Shown piece after piece: positions 1 to 10,985 of a stretch of DNA of 64,000 bases. The notes beneath the pieces were generated by a model. The model was not told the DNA's origin. It was given only the letters and a program-made list of their open reading frames with translations, and searched no databases. The translations under genes were made by a program, and so were the position numbers. Origin of the DNA: Macrostomum lignano (lineage: Eukaryota); assembly GCA_002269645.1 (NCBI GenBank), contig NIVC01001284.1, positions 121,733 through 185,732 on the forward strand, given 5' to 3'. The first letter of the stretch is position 1. Every line of letters begins with the position of its first letter.

Positions 1-2699
1 GCAAAGCCGCTCCGCTGAGATCAGCTCGCTCGCCTGCTCGGCATTTCGCCAGCTGTTCGTTGAGGATCGAGCCGGCGAAGCGTCCCTCAGAGCGGTGAAA
101 GCCGCTTGTCGCGTGGCCGTGGCCGCCGGAGCAAAAGTACATGCCGACCTTTTAGACGTGCTGACCAGTGTTCGACTAGATCTGCCGCCTCCCACTAAAG
201 TGGGTTACGTTTCGGATTTTTGGTTGCTATGAGGATATTCTTGTTCTCTAATTGCTATGGGGATATTCTTATTCTCTGGTTGCCATGGGGATATTCATAT
301 TCGCTGGTTGTTATGAGGATTTTCGTATTCTCTGATTGATATGGTAATATTCTGATTCTCTGGTTGCTATGGAGATATTCTTATTCTCTCGTTGCTATGA
401 GGATATTCTTATTCTTTGGTTGCCATGGGAATATTGGTATTCTCTGGTTGATATGGTAATATTCTGATTCTCTGGTTGCTAAGGCGGTATTATTATTCTC
501 TGGTTGCTATGGGAATATTCTGATTCTCTGGTTGCTAAGGCGATTTTCTTATTCTCTAGTTGCTATGGGGTTAATATTATTCTCTGGTTGCTAAGGCGAT
601 ATTCTTAAATCTTAATCTCTAGTTGCTGCGGGGTTAATATTATTCTCTGGTTGCTATGGGGATATTTTAGTCTCTGGTTGCTATAGCGATATTCTTATTC
701 TCTAGTTGCTATGGCGATATTTTTAGTCTCTGGTTTCTAGATCGAGATATTCTTATTCTCTTATATTGCTATGGGGATATTCTTATTCTCTGGTTGCTAT
801 GTGGATATTTCTAGCTTCTAAAAATACGGTCCGATAATTAAATTCCCAGTTCCCTTGTCCGCCTCCCACCCGTCCAGGACCAGTCTGCGCCCGGCAACCA
901 GCGGCTTACCCACCAGCAGAAGCTGGCCAAGTTATCCCGCAAAGAGCGCCGGCAGGGCAAGCGATCGGCCGATGCCACTCGCGGCCTCGAGGAGCTGCGC
1001 CATCAGGAGAGCGCTGCCACTCGGGCCCGACTGCAGCAGCGGTGCGCGGAGCTGCTGTTGCATCTGTATCTACGCGTCCTGCGCGCCAAACCCGGAGCAC
1101 GCGCGCTAACATCTGCGCTAACTGGACTGGCGCGTCTATCGCTAAGAGTCAACTTGGACCTGCTGCCGGACCTGTTTAGCGCGCTGCAGGCACTGCTGGA
1201 CTGGCCAGACCTGTCCACTGCGCACTCTGTTGAGGTGACTGGCTTGCTGTCTGTCTGTCTGTCTGTCTCTCAGGGGGGGCGGGGGGTAGCCAATTGGTCT
1301 AGCTTGTCGCTCTGGTGTGCCAGCGGCCCAGGATCGATTCGAAGTGCAGTCACATTATTTTGCGGCTACCATTTGGAATCTCGGCTTGGCTCTCTGCTCG
1401 TGCAATTAACGCTCAGCTTGAGGGCCAACAACCCCCAAGGCACAGTAAAGTGTACATGCCATAACGATAAATAAAGTTAGGGCCGCTGTACACTCCTGTG
1501 TGAGTGAGTGCCTGTGCGTATGACTGCGTACGTATCCGCGCGATTGTGTGCCTGCTCAGGGGAGTCGGCGGAATGGGCAGCAATGCCTCCTCTCACCGGT
1601 TGTAACCGGTCAGTTCAGTTTTTTAAAATAAAAAGTCTCCCTATCTGTGTCTGTCTGTCTGTCTGTCTGTGTCTTGGCCCATCATATTGTCCATTTCTGC
1701 ATTATTCACCTGTCTTCACCTGGACTTTTTGCCTCTTATAAATCTTATTTTATTTCCCCTTTTCTACACGGCATATAGCATCAGCACACTTATTTACCAG
1801 GCTAACCAGCATGCAGAAGGCACACATAAACTCTCAAACTTTCTTTATATCACCTACAGGTGGTTCGCACAGCCCTCGCCCTGCTCAGCGGAGAAGGCGA
1901 AGCGCTCACCCTGGACCCACGCCGGTTCTACCTGCACCTGTACAAGCGGCTGCCCCGTCTGGTTCGCCACCACCCCGACCTGGCCCCCAGCCTGTCTCAG
2001 ACCCTCCTGGCCGCCCTCGCCGACCGTCGGCGTCATCTGCCGCCGATGCGACCCGTCAACTTTCTGCGCCGTTTACTGGACTCAATTTGTCAGACAGCTC
2101 TGCTAAATGGAAACGGCAGTTCCGCTACGGAAGCTTCCCTAACCTGTCTGCTGACCTGTGCTGCCCGGCTGTTGGCTGTGTTTCCTCGAGCGCAGCGACT
2201 GCTTGAACCAGCTGACGATGTTGATGACGCCGAAGCCGCCGCCACAGCGGCTGGTCAGCTGGTGCTGGCTACTGACGACGATCCCGATCTAGGCGGACTG
2301 TCCTGTCAGTCTTGCGAACCGTTGCTACGCAAATTAGCCTCGGGTAGCAACCAGGTAGCTAGCCATTCGATTCGACAATTAGCCAGTCTGTTGTTGAAGC
2401 AGAATTTCTCAGCTATCCATGCCGCTTCTGCTGGCGGTCGGGGAGGCGATCTGAGTCTTGGCAGGGCACCAGCTGATAACTGTGATGATGATGAAGAAGA
2501 GCATGACGACCAAGTTGAAAAGTCATCTACGGCGCGTTCCGGTCGACAGTCGAAGTTTTCTAAGAAAGCACGACAGCAGCGCGGCAATAATTCCAAGCAG
2601 AAGCAGCAGCAAAAGTTCGGTTCAAAGAAGAGCTCAGTTAGAAAGAAAATTAGCGGTGGCGGTCGAGGCGGCAGTCGCGGTGGTAAAAGGAGGCGTTGA
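1..2699 (+). CDS. NOC3L: Nucleolar complex protein 3 homolog, 3' part (gene starts upstream of window); exons <1..199, 878..1234, 1860..2699
   Basis: Exons join in phase 0 with GT-AG ends (AAA|gtgggt at 199/200; ccgtccag|GAC at 877/878; GAG|gtgact at 1234/1235; cctacag|GTG at 1859/1860). Translation ACSAFRQLFVEDRAGEASLRAV..., KLSRKERR..., LTGLARLSLRVNLDLLPDL, TALALLSGEGEALTLDPRRFYLHLY resembles, from memory, the NOC3/CBF domain (e.g. [24 protein letters not shown]). Ends in an acidic then basic/RGG tail. Confidence 0.9.
215..805. repeat. Intronic minisatellite, ~28-30 bp unit (tattcttattctctggttgctatgggga)
   Basis: About 20 degenerate tandem units filling most of NOC3L intron 200..877. Confidence 0.9.
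1273..1602 (+). mobile_element. tRNA-derived SINE, family A, diverged copy in NOC3L intron
   Basis: Shares the body (ggaatctcggcttggctct...ccaacccccaaggc.cagt.aagtgtacatgcc...gataaataaagttagggccgctgtacactcctgtgtgag...caggggagtcggcgga) with 29425..29722 and 50569..50939. Flanked on both sides by (GTCT)n. Confidence 0.85.
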
Positions 2700-2780
2700 T
2701 TATTCGACAGCCTTTGACTTGATTTCTGCTTGTATGACAGTGTGTACTTTGTCTTTGTCATCTTGAACCCCTAAAATCGC

Positions 2781-3176
2781 TCTTAAATCGCCCCCACTCT
2801 CCCTAGAGAATCGCCCCCACTCTCCTTAGAGAATCGCCCCCACTCTCCCTAGAGAATCGCCCCCACTCTCCCTAGAGAATTGCCTTCACTCTCCATAAAG
2901 AATCGCCCTCACTCTCTCTGAAGAATCGCCCTCACTCTCTCTGAAGAATCGCCCTCATTCTCCCTAGAGAATCGACCTGACTCACCCTCGAGAATCGCCC
3001 TACTCTCCCTTGAGAATCGCCCCCCCTCTCCTTAGATAATCGCCCCCCCCTCTCCTTAGAGAATCGCCCTCACTCACCCTTGAGAATCGCCCTACTCTCC
3101 CTAGAGAATCGCCCCCCTCTCCTTAGAGAATCGCCCTCACTCACCCTAGAGAATCGCCCTCACTATCTTAAGAGAA
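2781..3176. repeat. Minisatellite, ~23 bp unit (agagaatcgcccccactctccct)
   Basis: About 17 tandem units just downstream of the NOC3L stop. Confidence 0.9.
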
Positions 3177-3545
3177 TCGTCTTTAAAAGTTCGTCTTAAC
3201 ACGCAAGTTTTCCGAAGAAGCTATCGATCTGTTTTCTGTGCCTAATATTAGTGCATTTGTCATCAACTGCGCATTGCGAGAAATATACAATTGAACGACA
3301 ATGGCTAGTTCAGTACCTAAGCTGTTCAAGTGTTGATGTGTTAATTGTTGAGTTTAAAATTCATTTGAGGCTTGTGCGCAAAACATTGGTCATTGAAGCT
3401 TTACGAGCCATTCCACCACCGTCCGTGTACACCCTGTGTGAGCGTGCTCTCCCCTCCCGATCGGTCTTTAGGAACTTTTTCCAGTATTGGATGATTCATG
3501 AAATAAAACGTAACACCAATATTCATGCTGACTCATTAAACCGCC

Positions 3546-3908
3546 ATGGGCATGCACAGAGACCCCAACCGGAAGCGACCAGCCCACGTGAAGCACAATC
3601 ACAAGCGGCACAGGGAAAAGATCAAACGACGCCGCGCGGCCAAGCCGCCTCGAATTTGCGAGATTCCCGACGCGGATTTGCAAACGCCCGGCCAGTTGCG
3701 CAAGCTGCGCACCAACCCTAACGCCAATATTGAATTGTCTGGCAAGAGGAAGCGAAAAATTATTAAACAGCTCAGGCGGGAGTTGAAGGAACAACAGGTT
3801 GCCGAGTCTGCGATGGAAGTGTCAGCTACTGACAGTAGCAATGCTGGAAAGAAGCGTCAAAAGAAACAGCAGCAGGCAGCATCTGTTGCTATGGAAACGG
3901 ATCAATAA
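3546..3908 (+). CDS. C11orf98: C11orf98-like small basic protein (120 aa, single coding exon)
   Basis: ATG in ccgccATGG context. The motif NANIELSGKRKRKIIKQLRR resembles, from memory, RANITLSGKKRRKLLQQIR of C11orf98, with AMEV downstream as in that family. Confidence 0.8.
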   Translation: MGMHRDPNRKRPAHVKHNHKRHREKIKRRRAAKPPRICEIPDADLQTPGQLRKLRTNPNANIELSGKRKRKIIKQLRRELKEQQVAESAMEVSATDSSNAGKKRQKKQQQAASVAMETDQ

Positions 3909-4445
3909 TAATAACTAAGCCCGTTTCAACTATTGACTATTGGCGTTCTCATTTTACTGTTCAAGAACCTAATTATAAAATATAATAAAGTTTCCACTGT
4001 GTGTACATGACTGGACAAGAGTGGCTTCATCTTGTTTCTTGGAAAAAATACTTACTATTCTTATAATTTTTCATTTTTTAATAACTTTACTTAGTAACTT
4101 AAACAAAGAAATTCTGACACTAAAAAGCTTATATAGAATAATTCATTTTATAGCAACAATTTTAAGACATCAGGTTCAATCTCGATCTTACAACTCTAAT
4201 TCGGTTTATTCTAATTTGATTTGCTTGAAAGAGTAACAATTACAACAGCTGCTTTAAAGTTCGGCGCACAGCACAATGTGATGAGCACACATACTATAAA
4301 CACAGATACTATAGTTTATAATATCTGTGGTGATGAGTGCTATGTGCTGTTGTAGTAGACTCAGTTCTTGGCGTATTTTTCGTCGCAAATTTTTGTGCAA
4401 CAGCTCCGTTTTGCTTCTTCGTAACTCTCCTCCGTCAATAATGAT

Positions 4446-7288
4446 TTATTCACAGTTGCTATGGTTACTTGTCTTAACTGCCGCTGCTCGCTTGTTCCAC
4501 AGGACGACGCCAAGATCGTAGGCTAATTCGAGCAGTTCGCGAAATGTCAGCAACGACATGCCTAGATAGACGCCAAGTATGCCGCCAATGTCAGAGATGA
4601 AATTGTTGATCCCGTAGTCGACTGAGTGAGTGAATCGGCTGCAGGTTGCCGTACAAATTCTGAAGCTGGCCTAGAATTTGAAGGTTTTAGCGTCATCATT
4701 TTTAGCCTCTTTCACTTGGACATCCGCTCTCATTTTTATTAGCAGAAGGAATTTTTTAAAGAAACATGGAACGGAAATATGAAACGAGAAGGCATAACCA
4801 GAGGCGTCGCCACCGAGAGGGACAAGGGGTTAATGGTTTGTCTCCCCACCTTGTGACCCGTTGTGGAAATCAATAATTTAGCTTCGGGGCGGTACCGAAT
4901 TGGTAAATCTGTCCAGATCTCCATGAGCAAAGGTCCTTAGCAGCAATTTTCCACCTTAATCAGATTAGCGCTGGCGATTGCCGCAGCACCTGCTGCATCT
5001 GCGCCGAGCAGTCGGGCAATCGCCGGTACGGACGCGTTGCCAGCCTTGTCTTTGACCTGCTGCACAGTGGCCGTTACAAACGGCATCACGGAACTGTAGG
5101 TTGGCCAGTCCGTGCTGGACATGGTGACGTCGTAGTCCAGTGTTGAGCAGGGCGCTTCGACTTGCTCACCTGATGCGCGTTCTCCACTATGTTGCCAATT
5201 TCTTCGTAACTAAACGACGGATCTGCTGGCGTTTCTCCTGCCAGCTGGAGAAAATTGGTGTCCTTATCAGTCAGGTTAAACAGGTAGCGGTAGCCTCTCT
5301 GTGACCACGGCATGAGGCTTGCATCGCCGCTCAGGTTGGTTTTCTGTTGGTACTGCCTGAAGTGGACGCGGCGTGCCCATGAAATTCAACAATAGGATTC
5401 CAGTTTTCATTGCACCTTTTGCATGTACTGGAGCACGAGAGCACGACGTAGAATCAATAAATCATCCAACAAAGTATTGTGTAATAAAGTAACTGTATTG
5501 TACCTGTGATACTCTTTGAAGTAGCAGTAGGAATAGCTGTAGGTGTGATTGTACGGCTCCTGAGAATATGAATTGACAAACTGAGCCTCATCCAAAAGGG
5601 CACTCAGACATTCGAAGCTTGCCGAGTTGTACACTTGCTCAGTCATGCTGATATCTACCGTGTGATATCTATCGGGACCGAGGGAGAACGACGTCACGAA
5701 CGCTGTTGGGTACTCGCCAGGTGGGCACAAATAGACTCGAACCCCGGCCCTACGATCTGGATCGTCGAAGTCCATTCTCGACAGCGACCAATCGGAAACT
5801 GGGATTAGCGAATCGCCAGCGTACACCCTGGATAGGACCGATGGACCTGTTAGTGTCAATTGGTTTGTTGAATGGCTACACATGCTGTTCACAGGAATTT
5901 TTTTGACACTGGCGCAATGATGCCCCGAAAGGCCCCTAGGAAGTCCATTGGGCTTCCCTCCTCTATGCCCATTCCAGACCTGTTGGTGAAGTCGAGGAGA
6001 AGTTTGCGTCGGTCATCAAAGTGACGGTCAGGCCGCTAGCGGTGCCGCCCTTGGCCAGCGTTTCCCGCACAGTATCGTTCAGAACCCAGCGAAAGCCGCG
6101 CAGAAACACCAGATGGAAGAATTCCTCCGCTGGCATGGCCTCGTAGGAAGGCAGACCGTTGCTGCTGATGTAGGTTAAATCGCTAGTTAAAATGGCCTGC
6201 TCGAGCCTGTGAGCAACTCCATCAATTAGGCTGTTGTATTCCAACGAGTGCAACAAAGCGAAGCTATACTCCATATTTAATCGATTTAGTCTTTCAGTTG
6301 TGTTGCCACCTGTTGCTTAGAAGGTTGAGCAGATTCTCCGAGGCGCTGTTGAGATCTGTTGTGGGGGATTGGCAAAATCCTGTCTTGGATCGATGTTCTG
6401 TCTCTAAAAACGAAGCTTTTTATTTGCACAACTCTTCATTTTGCAGCATTTTGTAGCCTAGTATAGTAATAGTACTCCAGATGGGGTTTATTTACCTGTA
6501 GTATTATAAAAATTACCTGCCCAAATTGGGCTAGATGTGCAACCGACAGCTCAGCCATAGCTATTGTGCGGCGCACCTGAAGGCTGCGTACGGCTGGCTG
6601 TTCGTTCCAAGGACTGGGGGGTCGCCACACAAAGCCTCAATTACCCCAACTAATGCTGGTACCCATTTTACAGCTGGGTGAACCGAAGCAATGCAGAGTT
6701 AAGTGTCGTGCTCAGGGACACAATTGTCCCAGTAGGATCGGGAATCGAACCATCGACATTCAAGTCGTGAGTCCGACGCTCTAACCACTATAGGCTACAA
6801 CTCTCTTGTTGCTACTGCTTATTTTCCTGTGGCTAATTTGATCTTGCGTAGCAGATACATATTCTTCCACTATTCTCACGTTTTCATCTATCGTGGACAT
6901 TCGTGGGCCCATGTCAACTGCCCTAGCTTCATCAGGACATCTTGCTGTTGACCTTGCCTTGACCTCCCAAATATCAATGCATTGTACCTTGAACCAGCTA
7001 CGTCAGTGTTTGGTTACTCATCGTCGCCGCATAGCTGGTTGAAACCGGATTCTCCATGCATTTGTACACGTCCGGAAATTTGAAGGCTAACGCATTTGCC
7101 TCCAAAGTTGTGCTAACCTGACGATTCTCCAGTTTTTTAACGAAATCTATCAAGCCGCGGAGGCAGAGGCCGAGAAAGGCGAGGAAAAACAGCAGCCAGA
7201 GAAGGCGAACGTAGAGCGGCTTCTTTGTAACCAGCCTCGGCAGGCCATGGGACGTGGACTGCGCGAGGGACTCCTTTACTTGTTGCAT
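4446..7288 (-). CDS. DEG/ENaC family channel subunit, copy 1 (5 exons; at least one frameshift, so possibly a pseudogene or an assembly indel)
   Basis: Exons approx. 7288..7018, (6403, 6397 or 6309)..5980, 5846..5504, 5356..4955, 4670..4446. Has the HG motif (TSHGLPR), TM1, FKFPDVYKC, and the pre-TM2/TM2 motif FISDIGGILGVYLGMSLLTFREL. Splice sites are confirmed by colinearity with copy 2. A frameshift lies at ~5150-5170 (AHQVSKS / APCSTLDY). A second at ~6310 is needed only if the upstream acceptor is used. Confidence 0.8.
6458..6800 (-). mobile_element. tRNA-derived SINE with CORE-like central domain (family B), in intron 1 of DEG/ENaC copy 1
   Basis: The minus strand reads gtagcctatagtggttagagcgtcggactc...ggttcgattcc (A and B boxes; B box at 6741..6751). 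This is followed by tgtgtccctgagcacgacacttaactctgcattgcttcggttcacccagctgtaaaatgggt, which aligns by eye with the MIR/CORE consensus, and ends in a tactattactatacta tail. Confidence 0.7.
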
Positions 7289-8184
7289 TGTGTAAAACTG
7301 TGTTGAATTTTTTCTTTACGAACAAATACTTCAATTTCACACTTTTCTAGCTATGTTCGCTTCCTTTTTTGAAATAAGCCAAACTTTGTTGCCGCCACGG
7401 CTGGATCATACTAGTTTCTTGTAAACGTCTACACTCACGTACGTAGAATGAATGGGTATAATTGGGAGTACAATAAATTCCTATATGCTCGTATATATAT
7501 ACAGACGATGGTCTCAAAGCTTCACAGCCAGGGTCTGAGAGAAGTTAGTAAATTTTCTATAGCTTTATTTAAATAAAATTCTGTACTAAATATCGGGCCA
7601 ATATTTAAATCCTATATACTAAAAATGAGTTGTCTGTGGGTATGCGATAGATTTCAGAAAAATTGGCTCAACCGATTTTCTTCAAACTTGCACCATTCGA
7701 TCAGAAATTTTCCTGGGACGGTACATGCATCCTGGCTAAGAAATTTCTCAATGTTAAAGGGATTAAATATTCGAAAAACATGCTTTTTGCAAAGGTCAAG
7801 CCAATTTTTTTACTTGAAATACATTGTAAGAATACTAGAGAAGAAACTGACTGACTGAATTCCGATTGTGATAAAGATTGCATCACAACAAGTTAAAAAC
7901 AGTGCCGAAAAAATGCACACACGACTTGATTTAAATTGCGTAACAAATATTTCTAACTTAAATTGAGACTGATACTGGCTGACTGAGAAATTGATTATGT
8001 CATAAATTTTTACTCTAACTGACTTGCTGTAATAATTAAATTATAAGGGCAAGAGTTCATGTTCTCGAATTGAAACAAGATAGCCTAGATGCGAACAAAC
8101 TGGACTGCTAATTTAGCAACCTGGATTCGAATCTTAGTAGTGCAAAAACATTTTTTTTATTCAAACACCCTAAAAACACAAAAT

Positions 8185-9857
8185 GCTAAACATAAAAAGA
8201 GCGCAATGTCAAACATAAACGAGCCACCATGTCAGATATATTAGAGCCACCATGTCAGACAAAAAAGAGCCGCCATATCAAACATAAAAAAGCTACCATG
8301 CAAAACATTAAAGAGCTACCAAGCCAAACATAAAAGAGCCATTATGTCGATCATAAAAGAGCCACCATTTCGAACATAAAAGAGCCACCATGTCAAACAT
8401 ACAAGAGCTATCATGTCAAACATAAAAGAGCCACCAGTCGAACATAAAAGAGCCACCATGCCAAACATAAAAAAGCCACAATTTCGATCATAAAAGAGCC
8501 ACCATTTCGAACATAAAACAGCCATCATGCCAAACATTAAAGAGCCACCATGTCGATCATAAAAGAGCCACCATGTCAAACATTCAAGAGCTACCATGTC
8601 AAACATTCAAGAGCCACCATGTCGAACAATAAAGAGCCACCATGTCGAACATTAAAGAGCCACCGAGTCAAACATAAAAGAGCCACCATGCCAAACATAA
8701 AATAGCCACCATGTCGAACATTAAAGAGCCACCGAGTCAAACATAAAAGAGCTACCATGTCAAACATTAAAGAGCCACCATGTCAAACATAAAAAAGCCA
8801 CCATGTCAAACATAAAAGAGCCACCATGCCAAACATTAAAAAGCAACCATGTCGAACATTAAAGAGCCACCATATCGAATATTAAAGAGCCACCAAGTCA
8901 AACATTAAAGAGCTACCATGTCAAACATAAAAGAGCTACTATGTCAAAGTATAAAGACCTATCATGTCAAACATTCAAGAGCCATATGTCAAACATAAAA
9001 GAGCTACCATGTCCCACAATAAAAACCTACCATGTCAAACATTCAAGAGCCACCATATCGAACATAAAAGAGCCACCATGTCAAACATTCAAGAGCCACA
9101 ATGTCAAAGATTCAAGAGCCACCATGTCGAACATTAAAGAGCCACCATGCCAAACATAAAAGAGCCGTCATGTCGAACATAAAAGAGCCACCATGCCAAA
9201 CATAAAATAGCCACCATGTCGAACATTAAAGAGCCACCATATAGAACATTAAAGAGCCACCGAGTCAAACATAAAAGAGCTACCAGGTCAAACATCAAAG
9301 AGCCACCATACCAAATATAAAAGAGCCACCATGTCAAACATAAAAGGACCACCATATCGAACATTAAAGAGCCACCATGCCAAACATAAAAGAGCCACTA
9401 TTTCAAACATTAAAGAGACACCATATAGGACATAAAAGAGCAACCATGTCAAAAATTAAAGAGCCACCATGTCAAACAACTAAGCCACCATGTCAAACAA
9501 CTAAGCCACCATGTCAAACATAACAGAGAAAACATTTCAAACGTAAAAGGGCCGCCATGGCAAACATAGAAGAGCCACCATGTCAAAAATTAAAGAGCTA
9601 CCATGTCAAACATAGCAGAGCCACAATATCAAACATTAAAGAGCTATCATGTCAAACACAAAAGAGCTACCATGTCAAACATAGAAGAGCCACCATGTCA
9701 AACATTAAAGAGCTATCATGTCAAACACAAAAGAGCTACCATGTCAAACATAGAAGAGATACCGTGTCAAACATTAAAGAGCCACCTTTTTAAACAAAAA
9801 AGAGACACCATTTCAAACATAAAAGAAGTGTCATGCCAAACAAAGTGGAACCATTAA
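8185..9857. repeat. Minisatellite, ~23 bp unit (aaagagccaccatgtcaaacata), inside Helitron copy 1
   Basis: About 70 degenerate tandem units; source of the MSNIKEPPCQT pseudo-ORFs. Confidence 0.9.
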
Positions 9858-9894
9858 AAAGCTAAGGAAATTGTTGCACTAGCTACTTGTTCTC

Positions 9895-10985
9895 TGGTGG
9901 ATGCTTGCTATTTAAGGATGGATACTTGCTATCAGGGGGATGCTTGCTCTTGGGGGTGGAGAGTACTTGCTATCTGAGAGGGGGTTGCTAGATATCTATA
10001 AGGTCTCTTTGTATCCAGGTTATGCTTGCTATCAGGGGTTGCTTGCTGTCTGGGGGATGCTTGCGATCTGGGGGATGCTTGCTATCTGGGGGATGCTTGC
10101 TATCTGGGGGATGCTTGCTATCTGCGGGATGCTTGCTATCTGGGGGATGCTTGCTATCTGGGGTCTGAGGGAATGCTTGCTATCTGGGGATGCTTGCTAT
10201 CTGGGGGATGCTTGCGATCTGGGGGATGCTTGCTATCTTGGGGATGCTTGCTATCTGGGGGATTCTTGCTATCTGCGGGATGCTTGCTATCTGGGGGATG
10301 CTTGCTATCTGGGGGATGCTTGCTATCTGGGGGATGCTTGCTATCTGGGAGATGCTTGCTATTTGGGGTCTGGGGGAATGCTTGCTATCTGCAGGATGCT
10401 TGCTATCTGGGGGATGCTTGCTATCTGCGGGATGCTTGCTATCTGGGGGATGCTTGCTATTTGGGGTCTGGGGGAATGCTTGCTATCTGGGGGATGCTTG
10501 CTATCTGGGGGATGCTTGCGATCTGGGGGATGCTTGCTATCTGCGGGATGCTTGCTATCTGGGGGATGCTTGCTATCTGGGGGATGCTTGCTATCCGGGG
10601 ATGCTTGCTATCTGGGGGATGCTTGCTATCTGCGGCATGCTTGCCATCTGGGGGATGCTTGCTATCCGCGGGATGCTTGCTATCTGGGGAATTCTTTCTG
10701 GGGTCTGGGGGAATGCTTGCTATCTGGGGGATGCTTGCGATCTGGGGGGATGCTTGCTATCTGGGGGATGCTTGCGATCTGGGGGATGCTTGCTATCTGG
10801 GGGATGCTTGCTATCTGGGGGATGCTTGCTATCTGGGGGATGCTTGCTATCTGGGGGATGCTTACTATCTGGGGTCTAGGGGAATACTTGCTATCTGGGG
10901 ATGCTTGCTATCTGGGGGATGCTTGCAGTCTGGGGGATGCTTGCAGTCTGGGGGATGCTTGCTATTTGGGGATCGATGCTTGAAT
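9895..10985. repeat. Minisatellite, 18 bp unit (atgcttgctatctggggg), inside Helitron copy 1
   Basis: About 60 tandem units; source of the MLAIWG/GDACYL pseudo-ORFs. Confidence 0.9.

Noticed and set aside
3421-3450. gtgtacaccctgtgtgagcgtg upstream of C11orf98 resembles the SINE A core (ctgtacactcctgtgtgagtgtg)
   Set aside because: About 22 bp with mismatches and no flanking homology; could be chance.
7391-7415. gccg-cca-cggc hairpin plus CTAG|T as another Helitron 3' end
   Set aside because: Only a 4-bp stem, and no matching 5' module upstream (DEG/ENaC exon 1 lies there).
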